NCBI GenBank assembly: GCA_038087875.1
Contig: CM075997.1
Location: forward strand, 7,256,001 to 7,320,000
Length of the DNA stretch: 64,000 nucleotides
Reading direction: 5' to 3'
Source: Malacoraja senta
Taxonomy: Eukaryota
Under the pieces are notes generated by a model, which saw only the letters and a list, made by a program, of their open reading frames with translations, did not search any database and had not been told where the DNA came from. Below are positions 49,928 to 61,494 of this stretch, one piece after another. Within the stretch, counting starts at the first letter, position 1, and each line of letters opens with the position of its first letter. Both the position numbers and the translations under genes were made by a program.

Positions 49928-51546
49928 TTAATCTTGCAGAGTTTCCTAGGTTTTCGAATGGTGTCTGTGGATGTAAGTTCTCTTTACTGATCTGTAGTAA
50001 TTCTTTATTAATCCTGTTGCTCAAGAAAGGAGGGAGAGGGAAAATAGACCACCATAGAGAAAAATAAGAAGAATAGAAGTGTGAAACGCACACCTCTAGA
50101 TTCAGCGGCAATTTCTTCCCAGCTGTTATCAGGCAACTGAATCATCCTACCACAACCAGAGAGCAGTCCGGAATTACTATCTACTTCATTGGTGACCCTC
50201 GGACTATCTTTGATCGGACTTTACTGGCTTTACTTTGTACTGAACATTCTTCCCTTATCATGTAGGATGGAACTGCAGATGCTGGTTTAAATCGAAGATA
50301 GACACAAAATGCTGTGTCTCAGCGGGACAGGCAGCATCTCTGGAAAGAAGGAATGGGTGACGTTTCGGGTCGAGATTGAAGAAGGATCTCGACCCGAAAC
50401 GTCACGCATCCCTTCTCTCCAGAGATGCTGCCTGTCCCGCTGTGTTACTCCAGCATTTTGGGTCCATACACTGTAAATGGCTCGATTGTAATCAGGTATT
50501 GTCTTCCAGCTGACTGGATAGCTCACAACAAAAGTCTGTCACGGTACCTCGATACACGTGACAATAAACTAAACTGAACCGAACAAACGTATGTAAGAAT
50601 TAAGGAAAAGGTACACAGAAAATCAGACCGCAGACTGATCTGCCCTTGGCATTTATCACGTTAGACTTTCGCTAATCTTTTTACACACCCTTAAAGACTT
50701 TAATAATTTTTTTCGTGAAGCCTGCTGCTTTTTTCATATCGTTTTGTCTGTTTGTGGATTGAAAAATAACTCATTTGACAAATCTGTAATGAGTTTTTTG
50801 TAGTCAGAGCCAGCAGGGTGACTTTAAACTAGTGGATGTGGTGCATTTTATTTCTCAAAGTTATAATTTTTTTTTACAAAAATAAGTTTATTACAAGATA
50901 AAAATGATTTTGCAAGGAACGTCAATTCATTAAAAAATATATATATATGAGCAAGTATTAAAGCAAAACTCTATAGCTTGACGGCACTGGGCCTGTACTC
51001 GTAGGAGTTTAGAAGGATGAGGGGATATCTCAAGGAAACGTAGCGAATAGTGAAAGGATAGTGGATGTGGAGAGGATGTTTCCACTAATAGGAGAGTCTA
51101 GGACCAGAGGTCACAGCCTCAGAATTAAAGGATGTTCCTTTTGGAAGGAGATGAGGAGGAATTTCTTTAGTCAGAGGGTGGTGAATCCGTGGAATTCATT
51201 GCCACAGAAGGCTGTGGAGGCCAAGTCAGTGGATATTTTTAAGGCAGAGGTAGATAGATTCTTGATTAGAACGGGTGTCAGAGGTTATGGGGAGAAGACA
51301 GGAGAATGGAGTTAGGAGGGAGAGATAGATCAGCCATGATTGAATGGTGGAGAAGACTTGATGGGCCGAATGGCCTAATTATACCCCTATCACTTATGAA
51401 CATGAACTTATTCTGGTCTAAGATGCAGCAGCGATCCCGGAAAGTGGCCGCATTGCCCATAACACCACGTGCATCTCAAACATATTCCAGTCTAAAGAAG
51501 GGTTCCGACCAGAAACGTCTCCTATTTATTTTCTCCAGAGATGTGT

Positions 51547-52653
51547 ATAGAGAACTGGCTGGCAAACAGGAAGCAAAGAGTAGGAGTAAACGGGTCCTTT
51601 TCCCAATGGCAGGCAGTGATTAGTGGGGTACCGCAAGGCTCAGTGCTGGGACCCCAGCTATTTACAATTTATATTAATGATCTGGATGAGGGAATTGAAG
51701 GCAACATCTCCAAGTTTGCGGATGACACTAAGCTGGGGGGCAGTGTTAGCTGTGAGGAGGATGCTAGGAGACTGCAAGGTGACTTGGATAGGCTGGGTGA
51801 GTGGGCAAATGTTTGGCAGATGCAGTATAATGTGGATAAATGTGAGGTTATCCATTTTGGTGGCAAAAACAGGAAAGCAGACTATTATCTAAATGGTGGC
51901 CGACTAGGAAAAGGGGAGATGCAGCGAGACCTGGGTGTCATGGTACACCAGTCATTGAAAGTAGGCATGCAGGTGCAGCAGGCAGTGAAGAAAGCGAATG
52001 GTATGTTAGCTTTCATAGCAAAAGGATTTGAGTATAGGAGCAGGGAGGTTCTACTGCAGTTGTACAGGGTCTTGGTGAGACCACACCTGGAGTATTGCGT
52101 ACAGTTTTGGTCTCCAAATCTGAGGAAGGACATTATTGCCATAGAGGGAGTGCAGAGAAGGTTCACCAGACTGATTCCTGGGATGTCAGGACTGTCTTAT
52201 GAAGAAAGACTGGATAGACTTGGTTTATACTCTCTAGAATTTAGGAGATTGAGGGGGGATCTCATAGAAACTTACAAAATTCTTAAGGGGTTGGACAGGC
52301 TAGATGCAGGAAGATTGCTCCCGATGTTGGGGAAGTCCAGGACAAGGGGTCACAGCTTAAGGATAAGGGGGAAATCCTTTAAAACCGAGATGAGAAGAAC
52401 TTTTTTCACACAGAGAGTGGTGAATCTCTGGAATTCTCTGCCACAGAGGGTAGTCGAGGCCAGTTCATTGGCTATATTTAAGAGGGAGTTAGATGTGGCC
52501 CTTGTGGCTAAAGGGATCAGAGGGTATGGAGAGAAGACAGGTACGGGATACTGAGTTGGATGATCAGCCATGATCATATTGAATGGCGGTGCAGGCTCGA
52601 AGGGCCGAATGGCCTACTCCTGCACCTAATTTCTATGTTTCTATGTTTCTATG
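51547..52653 (+). mobile_element. CR1/HER1-like LINE, 5'-truncated, with uninterrupted RT C-terminal half
   Basis: SGVPQGSVLGP and KFADDTK, open to the stop at 52554, (TTTCTATG)n tail; inserted inside a Penelope stub. Confidence 0.93.
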
Positions 52654-52994
52654 TTGCCTGACCCGCTGAGTTACTCCGGGATTTTGTGTCTATCTTGGGT
52701 ATAAACCAGTATCAGTAGATCCATTCTTTCACTTGCCAGGCTTTGGACCATTCCCTTCTCCCATTCAGCTTTTTCTGGTCTCACCACGATCAGTCTGAAG
52801 AACCGAAATGCCATCTATTCATGTTCCCCAGAGATGTTGTCTGACCCGTTAAGTTATTCCAGAAATTTGTATCTTTTAAAAATTATTATTATGGCTTTGT
52901 CTCAAAAGTACTCCATTAGCTGCTTATGGTAAAGTGCGTTATGAGGTTGTGAAAATTGGGTAAAATGCTAGTTTTTCTTCCTTTCATATATGTC

Positions 52995-53392
52995 AGGTCA
53001 GGTCAGGTCAGGTCAGGTTGGGGGGAGTACCATGTAATCCCGTGCTACCTGCTCCATGGTCGGATAGTCGGCGACTAAACCGTGTCCCCCACCTGGTTTG
53101 CCAGGTGAGGAGGGGGCCGTGCACCCCCAGCAGGACCAAAAACAAGATCTGTCAAAGGGCGGATGAGCTCCTAGCGAGCCAACGGCCATCCACACTTCAG
53201 TAGAAGTTGCGATCACTGTCGTACACGGCATTGTAAGGAATGATGATAAAGCACACACACACACACCAAAATCCTAGACTTCCAGGAACTGGAGGACAGA
53301 GATGTGTGGTGCGTCCGTCACCGTTCCCGTTGGAGACCAACACCACTGCGTCGCTAATGTTGTCAACGATGATGAATGAATGGATGAATGAA
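52995..53392 (+). mobile_element. Short non-coding retroposon, possibly RTE-derived
   Basis: 11-bp TSD TCATATATGTC (52984-52994, 53393-53403), (AGGTC)n head, (ATGA)n tail. Confidence 0.6.
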
Positions 53393-53687
53393 TCATATAT
53401 GTCTGGTGGTTTGATCATGATGTCCTCCCCATGGACATCAATAATAAGTAACCATGATGGATACACCACAAAAGAGGTCCCACTCTGTGTGGTTTAGTCT
53501 CATCTCGTTTGCTCGCCCGTGCTTGCCTTTCAGGCGATTGTCTCAACATACTACCGCGGTCTCCAATCCCATGAATCTAATGGAATCCTGTGGGGTAAAA
53601 TATCCTTTTCAAATCTCAAGCCTTTGGCCTTGGATTTTGCTCGTAGACTTCATGCCCAGAAGTGTGCAACTTCCAGGCTTACAAATT

Positions 53688-53994
53688 GGGCGGCACGGTG
53701 GCACAGCGGTAGAGTTGCTGCCTTACAGTGCTTGCAGTGCCGGAGACCCGGGTTCGATCCCGACTATGGGTGCTGTCTGTACGGAGTTTCTCCCCGTCAC
53801 TTGTGGGGATTTTCTCCGAGATCTTCGGTTTCCTCCCACTCTCCAAAGGTTTGCAGGTTAATTGGCTTGGTGTTAGTGTAATTTATCCCTAGTGTGTGTA
53901 GGCTGGTGTAAGTGTGCGGGGATCGCTGGTCGGTGTGGACACGGTGGGCCGAAGATCCTGTTTCCGCGCTGTATGTCTAAACTAAACTGAACTG
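53688..53994 (+). mobile_element. V-SINE, full length
   Basis: Head, V-domain and tail. Confidence 0.85.
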
Positions 53995-54217
53995 TTTTCT
54001 TCAGCTTCTCCCCATCCCAAATGACAATAGTGCATGAAATATTTGTTCTGCTCATTTCCGACCCGAAACGTCACCTATTCCTTCGCTCCATAGATGCTGC
54101 CTCACCCGCTGAGTTTCTCCAGCATTTTTGTCTACCTTCCTTTCCACATCCACTCTGTTTAGGCCTTTCATTACCCAGTAAGTTTCAATAAGATCACCTG
54201 TTCTTGTTCACCTGTTA

Positions 54218-54547
54218 AAGCCCTGTCCCACGGTACGAGTTCATTCCAAGAGCTCTCCCGAGTTTGCCCTGATTCGAACTCGGAGATTTACGGTAATGGC
54301 CGCTCGTCGGTACTCGGGGCTCTCGTGGACATTTATCATCATGTTGAAAAATCTTCACGAGTCTTCCCGTGCTTACCTGCCGTTAGCGAGTCTTCCCGAG
54401 TACCTGCCGTTAGCGGTACGAGCCGCTAAGAGACGTCCCCGAGCTCCGACGTACCCGCTACGTTCATTCTCCGTGCTTACCACAAGTTTGATTTTTTCTA
54501 AACTCGGGAGAGCTCTTGGAATGAACTCGTACCGTGGAATAGGGCTA
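54218..54547. mobile_element. PIF/Harbinger-type MITE, family B variant
   Basis: TIRs (right one degenerate); flanks TTA and TAA. Confidence 0.82.
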
Positions 54548-54989
54548 TAACACACTGGACCCCTTTTCATCTTTCACATGCCTGTGTGGTCACAGGATAC
54601 CTGGGAGGAAGAATTTGATGCCCATTATATGACATAGAACAGTACAGCACAGTAACAGGCCCTTCGGTCCACAATGTCTGTGCTGAACATAATGCAAGCC
54701 AAACTAATCTCATCTGCCTGCATGTGATCCATCCTCCATCATTCCCTGCATATCCAAGCCTCTTTAACTGTTAAAAAATAATTTTAATTATTTAGAAGCA
54801 GCATTATGTTCTCTCATTACAGTGTCTCTGTTTAGTAATCAATGAAAATGTAACAATTGATTAAAGCAGCATTAAAACTAAAGTCAAGTTACTTTGCAAG
54901 CCACAATCGATCTCCAGCTTGTCTAAGGTAGATAAAAATGCTGGAGAAACTCCAGCTTGTCTATCTATTATTTCACATTATATTCAGTC

Positions 54990-55565
54990 TCTTGTTGCAG
55001 TTGTATAAGACGTTGGTGAGACCGCATTTAGAATATTGTGTTCAGTTCTGGGCGCCATGTTATAGGAAAGATATTGTCACGCTTGAAAGGATTCAGAAAA
55101 GATTTATGAGGATGTTGCCAGGACTGGAGGGTGTGAGCTGTCGGGAGAGGTTGAGCAGGCTGGGTCTCTATTCCATGGAGCGCAGAAGGATGAGGGGTGA
55201 TCTTATAAAGGTATACAAAATCATGAGAGGAATAGATCGGGTAGATGCACAGAGTCTATTGTCCAGAGTTGGGGAATCGAGGACCAGAGGACATAGGTTC
55301 AAGGTGAAGGGGAAAAGATTTAATAGGAATCTGAGGAGTGACTTTTTCACACAAAGGGTGGTGGGTGTATGGAACAAGCTGCCAGAGGAGGTAGTTGAGG
55401 CTGGGACTATCCCATCATTTAAGAAACAGTTAGACAGGTACATGGATAGGATAGGTTTGGGGGGATATGGACCAAGCGCAGGCAAGTGGGACTAAGGTTG
55501 CTGAGACATTGTTGGCCGGTGTGGGCGAGTTGGGTCTGTTTCCACACTGTATCATTCTATGACTC
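54990..55565 (+). mobile_element. CR1-like LINE 3' fragment
   Basis: LYKTLVRPHLEYCVQFWAP, open to the stop at 55495. Confidence 0.88.
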
Positions 55566-55919
55566 TCCAGGGATGTTTCCAAGTGCAAATAGACACAAAA
55601 AGCTGGAGTAACACAGCGGGACGGGCAGCATCTCTGGAGAGAAGGAATGGGTGACGTTTGGGGTCGAGACCCTTCTTCAGACCCGAGACGTCACCCTTTC
55701 CTTCTCTCCATAGACGCTGCCTGTCCCTCCGAGTTACTCCAGCATTTTGTGTCTATCATCGGTGTAAACCAGCATCCGCAGTTCCTTTTGAATACATGTT
55801 TCAACGTGATATTGTTCAATTGTTAGATTTACCATTCCTGAAAGTTGACCCTCTTCAATTTATGAAACCTCTGATGTCAATGGGAGATAATGATATAAAT
55901 CTGTTGTTCTGCTTGTCAG

Positions 55920-56019
55920 AGTACCATGGATAAACTGATAAAGAAGACAAACCTGGCTCTGGTGATAGGTACCCACTCATGGCGGGAGCAGTTTATGGAG
56001 GCCATTACAGTCAGCGCTG
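55920..56019 (+). CDS. SLC8A2: SLC8A exon, 100 nt
   Basis: tgtcag|AGT...GCT G|gtaag; encodes STMDKLIKKTNLALVIGTHSWREQFMEAITVSA. Confidence 0.95.
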
Positions 56020-56295
56020 GTAAGATGACACTTTAGTTTTTCTCCCGCAGCTTGAGAGCAATATATCCAATGGAAATTCTGACAATTTGCATGTATTGCT
56101 ATACCAAGTTAATTCCATCCATGTGGACTGATTTAAATCAACGCTGTAAGATGCTTTCAAATGTACTCAAGAAAGATCTGATTAGTCAGAGAGCTAGCAA
56201 AATGCCAGCAACAATGCACACATTGTTTGCTTTGCCTCTTTCTATTTTCGTAGCAAAACATACAGTATATTAGGTTTAAGGTGAACAGGCAAGAT

Positions 56296-57132
56296 TTAGG
56301 TGAGACCAAGCGTAGGCTTGGCGATCGCTTCGCCGAACACCTCCGCTCGTTCCGCAATAACCAACCTGATCTCCGCACTTCAACTCCCCCTCCCATTCCG
56401 AATCCGACCTTTCTGTCCTGGGCCTCCTCCATGGCCAGAGTGAGGACCACCGGAAATTGGAGGAGCAGCACCTCATATTTCACTTGGGCAGTTTATACCA
56501 AAGATCCTATAGCGAAGCAAGATAGACCACTCCTTCTATATGCAATGGGCTGACGTGTAGTACGCAACGGAGCGGAACGTGGGCCTTTTTTTCATCCATT
56601 TTAGTAACCCGACCCGACCCGACCCGACCCGACTCGCAATGTAATCAAAGTTGCGGGGAAACAGTTTGTGTTAATAAATTATAATTCTGAAAATGAGGAG
56701 AAGATTTTTACGAGGATGTTTCAGTAACCGGCTTCCGTCTCCGCACTAGTTATCTTTGCTCCACTATGGGATCTTTGGTGCGGAGACAGAAGCCGGTTAC
56801 GGAAATGGGGCCGAAAATTACCCATGAATCTGCCCATGACCGTACTACGTCTATTTCGTTGAGTGGACTATCTTGCTCGCTGTAGGATCTTTGGTTTATA
56901 CCCGAGCGGCATGAACATTGACCTCCAATATCAGGTAGCCCTCACTGTCTCCTCCCCTTCTCAGCTCTCCCTCAGCCCTCTGGCTCCTCCTCTTCCTTTC
57001 TTCTGCCCGCCCCCCCCCCCCCCCCACCCTACATCAGTCTGAAGAAGGGTTTTGGCCCGAAACGTTGCCTATTTCCTTTGTTCCATAGATGCTGCCGCAC
57101 CCGCTGAGTTTCTCCAGCACTTTTGTCTACCT
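56296..57132 (+). mobile_element. Penelope-like element 3' fragment (GIY-YIG plus 3' region with hammerhead motif at 57036-57069)
   Basis: GETKRRLGDRFAEHLRS and LEEQHLIF continue, after the nested MITE, into the same CTGAAGAAGGGT...GAAACGTT repeat seen across the window. Confidence 0.8.
56499..56893. mobile_element. hAT-type MITE
   Basis: TIRs CAAAGATCCTA.AGCG of about 33 bp, exact 8-bp TSD GTTTATAC; a related right end finishes at 60753. Confidence 0.8.
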
Positions 57133-57392
57133 AAGATTTAAGGGACATCTATTTCACTCAGAGGGTGGTGGGTATATGGAACCAACTGCCAGTGGAGATA
57201 GTTGAGGCAGGTACTCTAATAGGACACTTGGACAGTTACATGAATAGGAAAGGTTGGGCCGAAATGAGCATATGGGGACTAGTTTAGGTGGTGCATCCTG
57301 GTCAGCAAGTTAGGCTGAAGGGCCTGTTTCCATGCTGTATGACTTTATGCCTCAGCAGTTCTCAATTTCATGCCTTGGTTATCTAGCTCATA

Positions 57393-57682
57393 CTTTAGTC
57401 TTTAGAGATACAGCGTGGATATAGACCCTTTGACCCGCTGAGTCCATGCTGACCAGCGGCCACCCTGTACACTAGCACTATCCCACACACTGGGCACCAT
57501 TTTATCGAAGCCAATTAAACTACAAACCTGTATGTCCCTGGCATGTGGGAAGAAACAGACGAGAAAACCCACACGGTTACGGGGAGAATGTACAAACTCT
57601 GTACAGACAGCACCCGTGGTCAGGATCGAACCCGGGTCTCTGGCGCTGTGAGGCAGCAACTCTACCGCTGCGCCACCGTGCA
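57393..57682 (-). mobile_element. V-SINE
   Basis: Reverse-complement SINE. Confidence 0.8.
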
Positions 57683-57726
57683 GCCCTGCTTCTCATTGCT
57701 TACTTCAACTGTCCCTAAAAACCTTA

Positions 57727-58296
57727 ACATAGAAACATAGAAACATAGAAAATAGGTGCAGGAGGAGGCCATTCGGCCCTTCGAGCCAGCACCGCCATTC
57801 ATAGCGATCATGGCTGATCGTCCCCAATCAATAACCCGTGCCTGCCTTCTCCCCATGTCCTTTGATTCCACCAGCCCCTAGAGCTCTATCTAACTCTCTC
57901 TTATTTTGTTGGTTCACATGTTTGAACAATGGTGTTTTATCATTAATGTTTTATTATTATTAATGTTTAGTGTTTTCTGAGTCACTCGTAACTGTCACTG
58001 TATGTCATGTTGTTACTTGTGGGCGGAGCACCAAGGCAAATTCCTTGTATGTGAATACTTGGCCAATAAACTTAATTACTTACTTATTTAAATCCATCCA
58101 GTGACTTGGCCTCCACTGCCCTCTGTGGCAGGGAATTCCACAAATTCACAACTCTCTGGATGAAAACTTTTTTTTCTCACCTCAGTCTTAAATGGCCTCC
58201 CCTTTATTCTAAGACTGTGGCCCCTGGTTCTGGACTCGCCCAACATTGGGAACATTTTTCCTGCATCTAGCTTGTCCAGTCCTTTTATAATTTTAT
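57727..58296 (-). mobile_element. CR1 3' fragment interrupted by a Rex1/Babar 3' UTR piece (about 57903-58087)
   Basis: CR1 halves are collinear around the insert. Confidence 0.75.
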
Positions 58297-58570
58297 ATTT
58301 TAAACCTTCTGCATTTCTGCTCACACTTGTAACGATGCACTTCGCGAACTGGTGAGAAATCTTGGTACATCTTCAAGATTATTTGATATCAATTAATTTG
58401 ATGAGAGCTTGTTACTGCCCAGTCGAAATGCCCTGTACTTCGGAGTTGTAAGTCCATAAGCAGAATAGCTTTCATGAGGTTAATTATAACCAAGTTAACC
58501 AACTGAAACTAGTATCCTGAGAAGTTATTAATATGCACAATAAATCATGCTTTATTATTCAAATTTTTGT

Positions 58571-58872
58571 TTTAGTTTAGAAATACAGCGCGGAAACAGG
58601 CCCACCGAGTCCGCGCCGACCAGCGATCCCCGCACATTAACACTATCCTACACACAAGAAGGACAATTTACATTTATACCAAGTCAATTGACCTACAAAC
58701 CTGTACGTTTTAGGAGTGTGGGAGGAAACCGGAGCGCCCGGAGAAAACCCACGCGGTCACGGGGAGAACGTACAAACTCCGTACAGACAGCACCCGTAGT
58801 CAGGTTCGAACCCGGGACCCGGGTCTCTGGCGCCGTGAGGCAGGTACTCTACCGCTGCGCCACCATGCCGCC
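58571..58872 (-). mobile_element. V-SINE
   Basis: Reverse-complement SINE. Confidence 0.82.
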
Positions 58873-59158
58873 ATGAATTGAAATTTAGTCATCTTTAGCC
58901 TCTGTCTCTGGGAAGAGGCAGAACTCTTTGCGGCTGTGAATCCCAGCGGGTTGCCATAGTTACTTGAGGCAACCAGAGAACAATGAAGGACACAAAGTGC
59001 TGGAGTGACTCAGTGGGTCAGGAGTTACTCCAGCACTTTGTTTTTTTCTCAAGATTCCAGCATCTGCAGTTCCTTGTGTCTCCTCCAGCAGTTTGTATTT
59101 TGTTCCAGATTCCAGCAGCTTGGATTTCTCTGTCTGCATGGTTTCGACCTGGTGCGTG

Positions 59159-60078
59159 CCCCCTCCTCTCTCACCTCCTCTCTCTCTCACCCCCTCTCGC
59201 TCCCACTCTATCTCCCCCCCCTCTATCTCTCCCCCCTCTATCTCTCCCCCCTCTCTCACCCCTCTCTCCCTCCCCCTCTATCTCTCCCCCCCTCTCTCTC
59301 CTCCCCCCTCTACCTCTCCCCCCTCTCTCACCCCTCTCTCCCTCCCCCTCTATCTCTCCCCCCTCTCTCCTCCCCCCTCTATCTCTCCCCCCTCTCTCAC
59401 CCCTCTCTCCCTCCCCCTCTATCTCTCCCCCCCTCTCACTCCTCCCCCCTCTCTCACCCCCCTCTCCCTCCTGCTCTATCTCTCCCCCCCTCTCTCACCC
59501 CTCCCTCCCCCCCTCTCTCCTCCCCCCTCTCTCCCCCCTCTCACCCCCCTCTCCCCCTCTATCTCTCCCCCTCTATCTCTCCCCCTCTATCTCTCCCCCC
59601 TCTCTCTCCTCCCCCTCCCTCCCTCTCTCACCCCCTCTCCCTCCCCTATCTCTCCCCCTCTCTCTCCTCCCCCCTCTCTACATCCCTCTCTCCCCCCTCT
59701 CTCCCCCCTCTCTCTCCCCCTCTCTCACCCCCCCTCTCTCACCCCCTCTCTCTCCCCCCTCTCTCCCCCCTCTCTCTCTCCCCGCCTCCCTCTCCCCTCC
59801 CTCTCTCTCACCCCCCTCTCTCCCCCCGCTCTCCCCCCTCTCTCCTCCCCCTCTCTCTCCCCTCCCTCTCCCCCCTCTCTCTCCCCTCCCTCTATCTCCC
59901 TCCCTCCCCCCTCTCTCACCCCCCTTCCCCCTCTCCTCCTTATCTCTCTCCCCCTCTCCCCCCTCTCTCTCCCCCCTATCTCTCCCCCTCTCTCCCTCTC
60001 TCTCTCCCCCTCTCACCCTCTTGCTCCGCCACCTCTCTCTCCCCTCCTTCTCTCCCCCCCACTCTCTCCCCCCCCTCT
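59159..60078. repeat. About 920-bp C/T-rich low-complexity tandem array
   Basis: Units such as CCCCCTCTATCTCT and CCCCCTCTCTCACC. Confidence 0.95.
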
Positions 60079-60187
60079 GTGTGTGGGTGGGGGGTGGTTA
60101 GTGTGTGTGTGATGCCGCAGGCCTCCCCCCCCCCTCCCGCAATCGCACGTTGAGGGGATGGGACCCAACGGGTCCCACTCGGTCTAG
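60079..60187 (+). mobile_element. Helitron 3' terminus
   Basis: Hairpin GGGACCC-AAC-GGGTCCC, 7 nt, CTAG|T; 5' end not identified. Confidence 0.65.
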
Positions 60188-60366
60188 TTATCTTTAAAAA
60201 AGAAATCAGGATACTTCTGCAGTTAACTTTATGATGCAGCCCTGTTACCAGGGGGAGGAGATTTGATTGTGTCGGAAGGAACTACAGACGCTGGTTTACA
60301 CCGAAGATAGACATAAAAAGCTGGAGTAACTCTGCGGGACAGGCAGCATCTCTGGAAAAAGGAATA

Positions 60367-60400
60367 GGTGACGTTTCGGGTCGAGACCCTTCTTCAGACT
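60367..60400 (-). ncRNA. Minimal hammerhead motif (Penelope-associated)
   Basis: Reverse complement AGT CTGAAGA A GGGT-CTCG-ACCC GAAAC GTC ACC. Confidence 0.6.
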
Positions 60401-61494
60401 GAGAGGGAACAGAGAGATAGAAGATCAAGAGATATAGAACAAATGAATGAAAGATATGCAAAAAGACAGATCAAAAGCAGCAGCGACGATCAGGGGAAAG
60501 GTGGAGCCCACAATGGTCCATTGTTGGCTGTGGGGAAGGTGAGAACAAGTAATAGAATAAAATTTAAAAAAACATTGAAAACATTTAAAAACACACAAAC
60601 TGTTGCCCGCGACGCCCATTACACTGCGAGAGGCATAACTGAAGTCGGGTCGGGGTTTACTGAAATGGCAGAAGTTATGCTCCAGTGCGTCCTACACGTC
60701 AGTCCATTGTATTTCGCAGGAGTGGACCATCTTGCTCTGCTCTAAGATCTTTGATCGTATAGAGGTGTATATGAGGGTAATACATATGCACAGTCTTTTA
60801 CCCAGAGTAGGGGAATCAAGAACGAAAGGACATAGGTTTAAGTTGAGAGGGGAAAGATTTAATCAGAACTTTTCCACACAGAGGGAGGTGGGTATATGAA
60901 CGAGCTGCTGGAGGAGGTAGTTGTGGGATTCTGCTCCTGCATCATATGATCTTATGGAGTTGCCTGCAAATGAGCGGAAAATATATTTCTGGCACCATTT
61001 CCCTTTGGGATTTGGAGAAGCTGAAGAAACCAGTTTGTAATAAAATCATGATGGCAATAGACAGGGGAAGAGGGGCCGCCGATAGAACAATGAGGGACCC
61101 GGCGGGTAGGACAGCCGAGACCGAAGAACGTCCATCAGGACTAAAGTACATCTGTAACTTCATATGTGCCGACTCTTTGCCTACTTCGTGTATTGTATGC
61201 AAAACAAAGAATTCCACTATACCTAGTATGTAGGAAGGAACTGCAGATGCTGATTTTACGGAAGATAGACACAAAAAGTTGGAGTAACTCAGCGGGTCAG
61301 CTGATACTTCTGGAGAAAAGGAATAGGTGACGTTGCGGGTCAAGACCCTTCTTCGGCCATGTCTGACATGACTGACGACATGTCTGAAGAAGGGTCTTGA
61401 CCCCAAATGTCACCTATTCCTTTCCTCCACAGGTTGTTCCTGAGTTACTCTGGCCTCTTGTGTCCAGTTCACTGTACCTAGGTACATTGTGACA

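Noticed and set aside
51541..52554. Stand-alone or domesticated reverse transcriptase gene
   Set aside because: A 5'-truncated CR1 lacking the endonuclease and RT N-terminus; the GTG start lies at the junction with the host repeat.
53070..53135. Twister ribozyme suggested by TAA...GTCCC...GAGGAGGG
   Set aside because: The CCAAGC-type core and pseudoknot pairings could not be matched by eye.
58983..60153. Long ORFs of 339-382 aa rich in Pro/Leu/Ser
   Set aside because: Translations of a CT-rich array that lacks stop codons.
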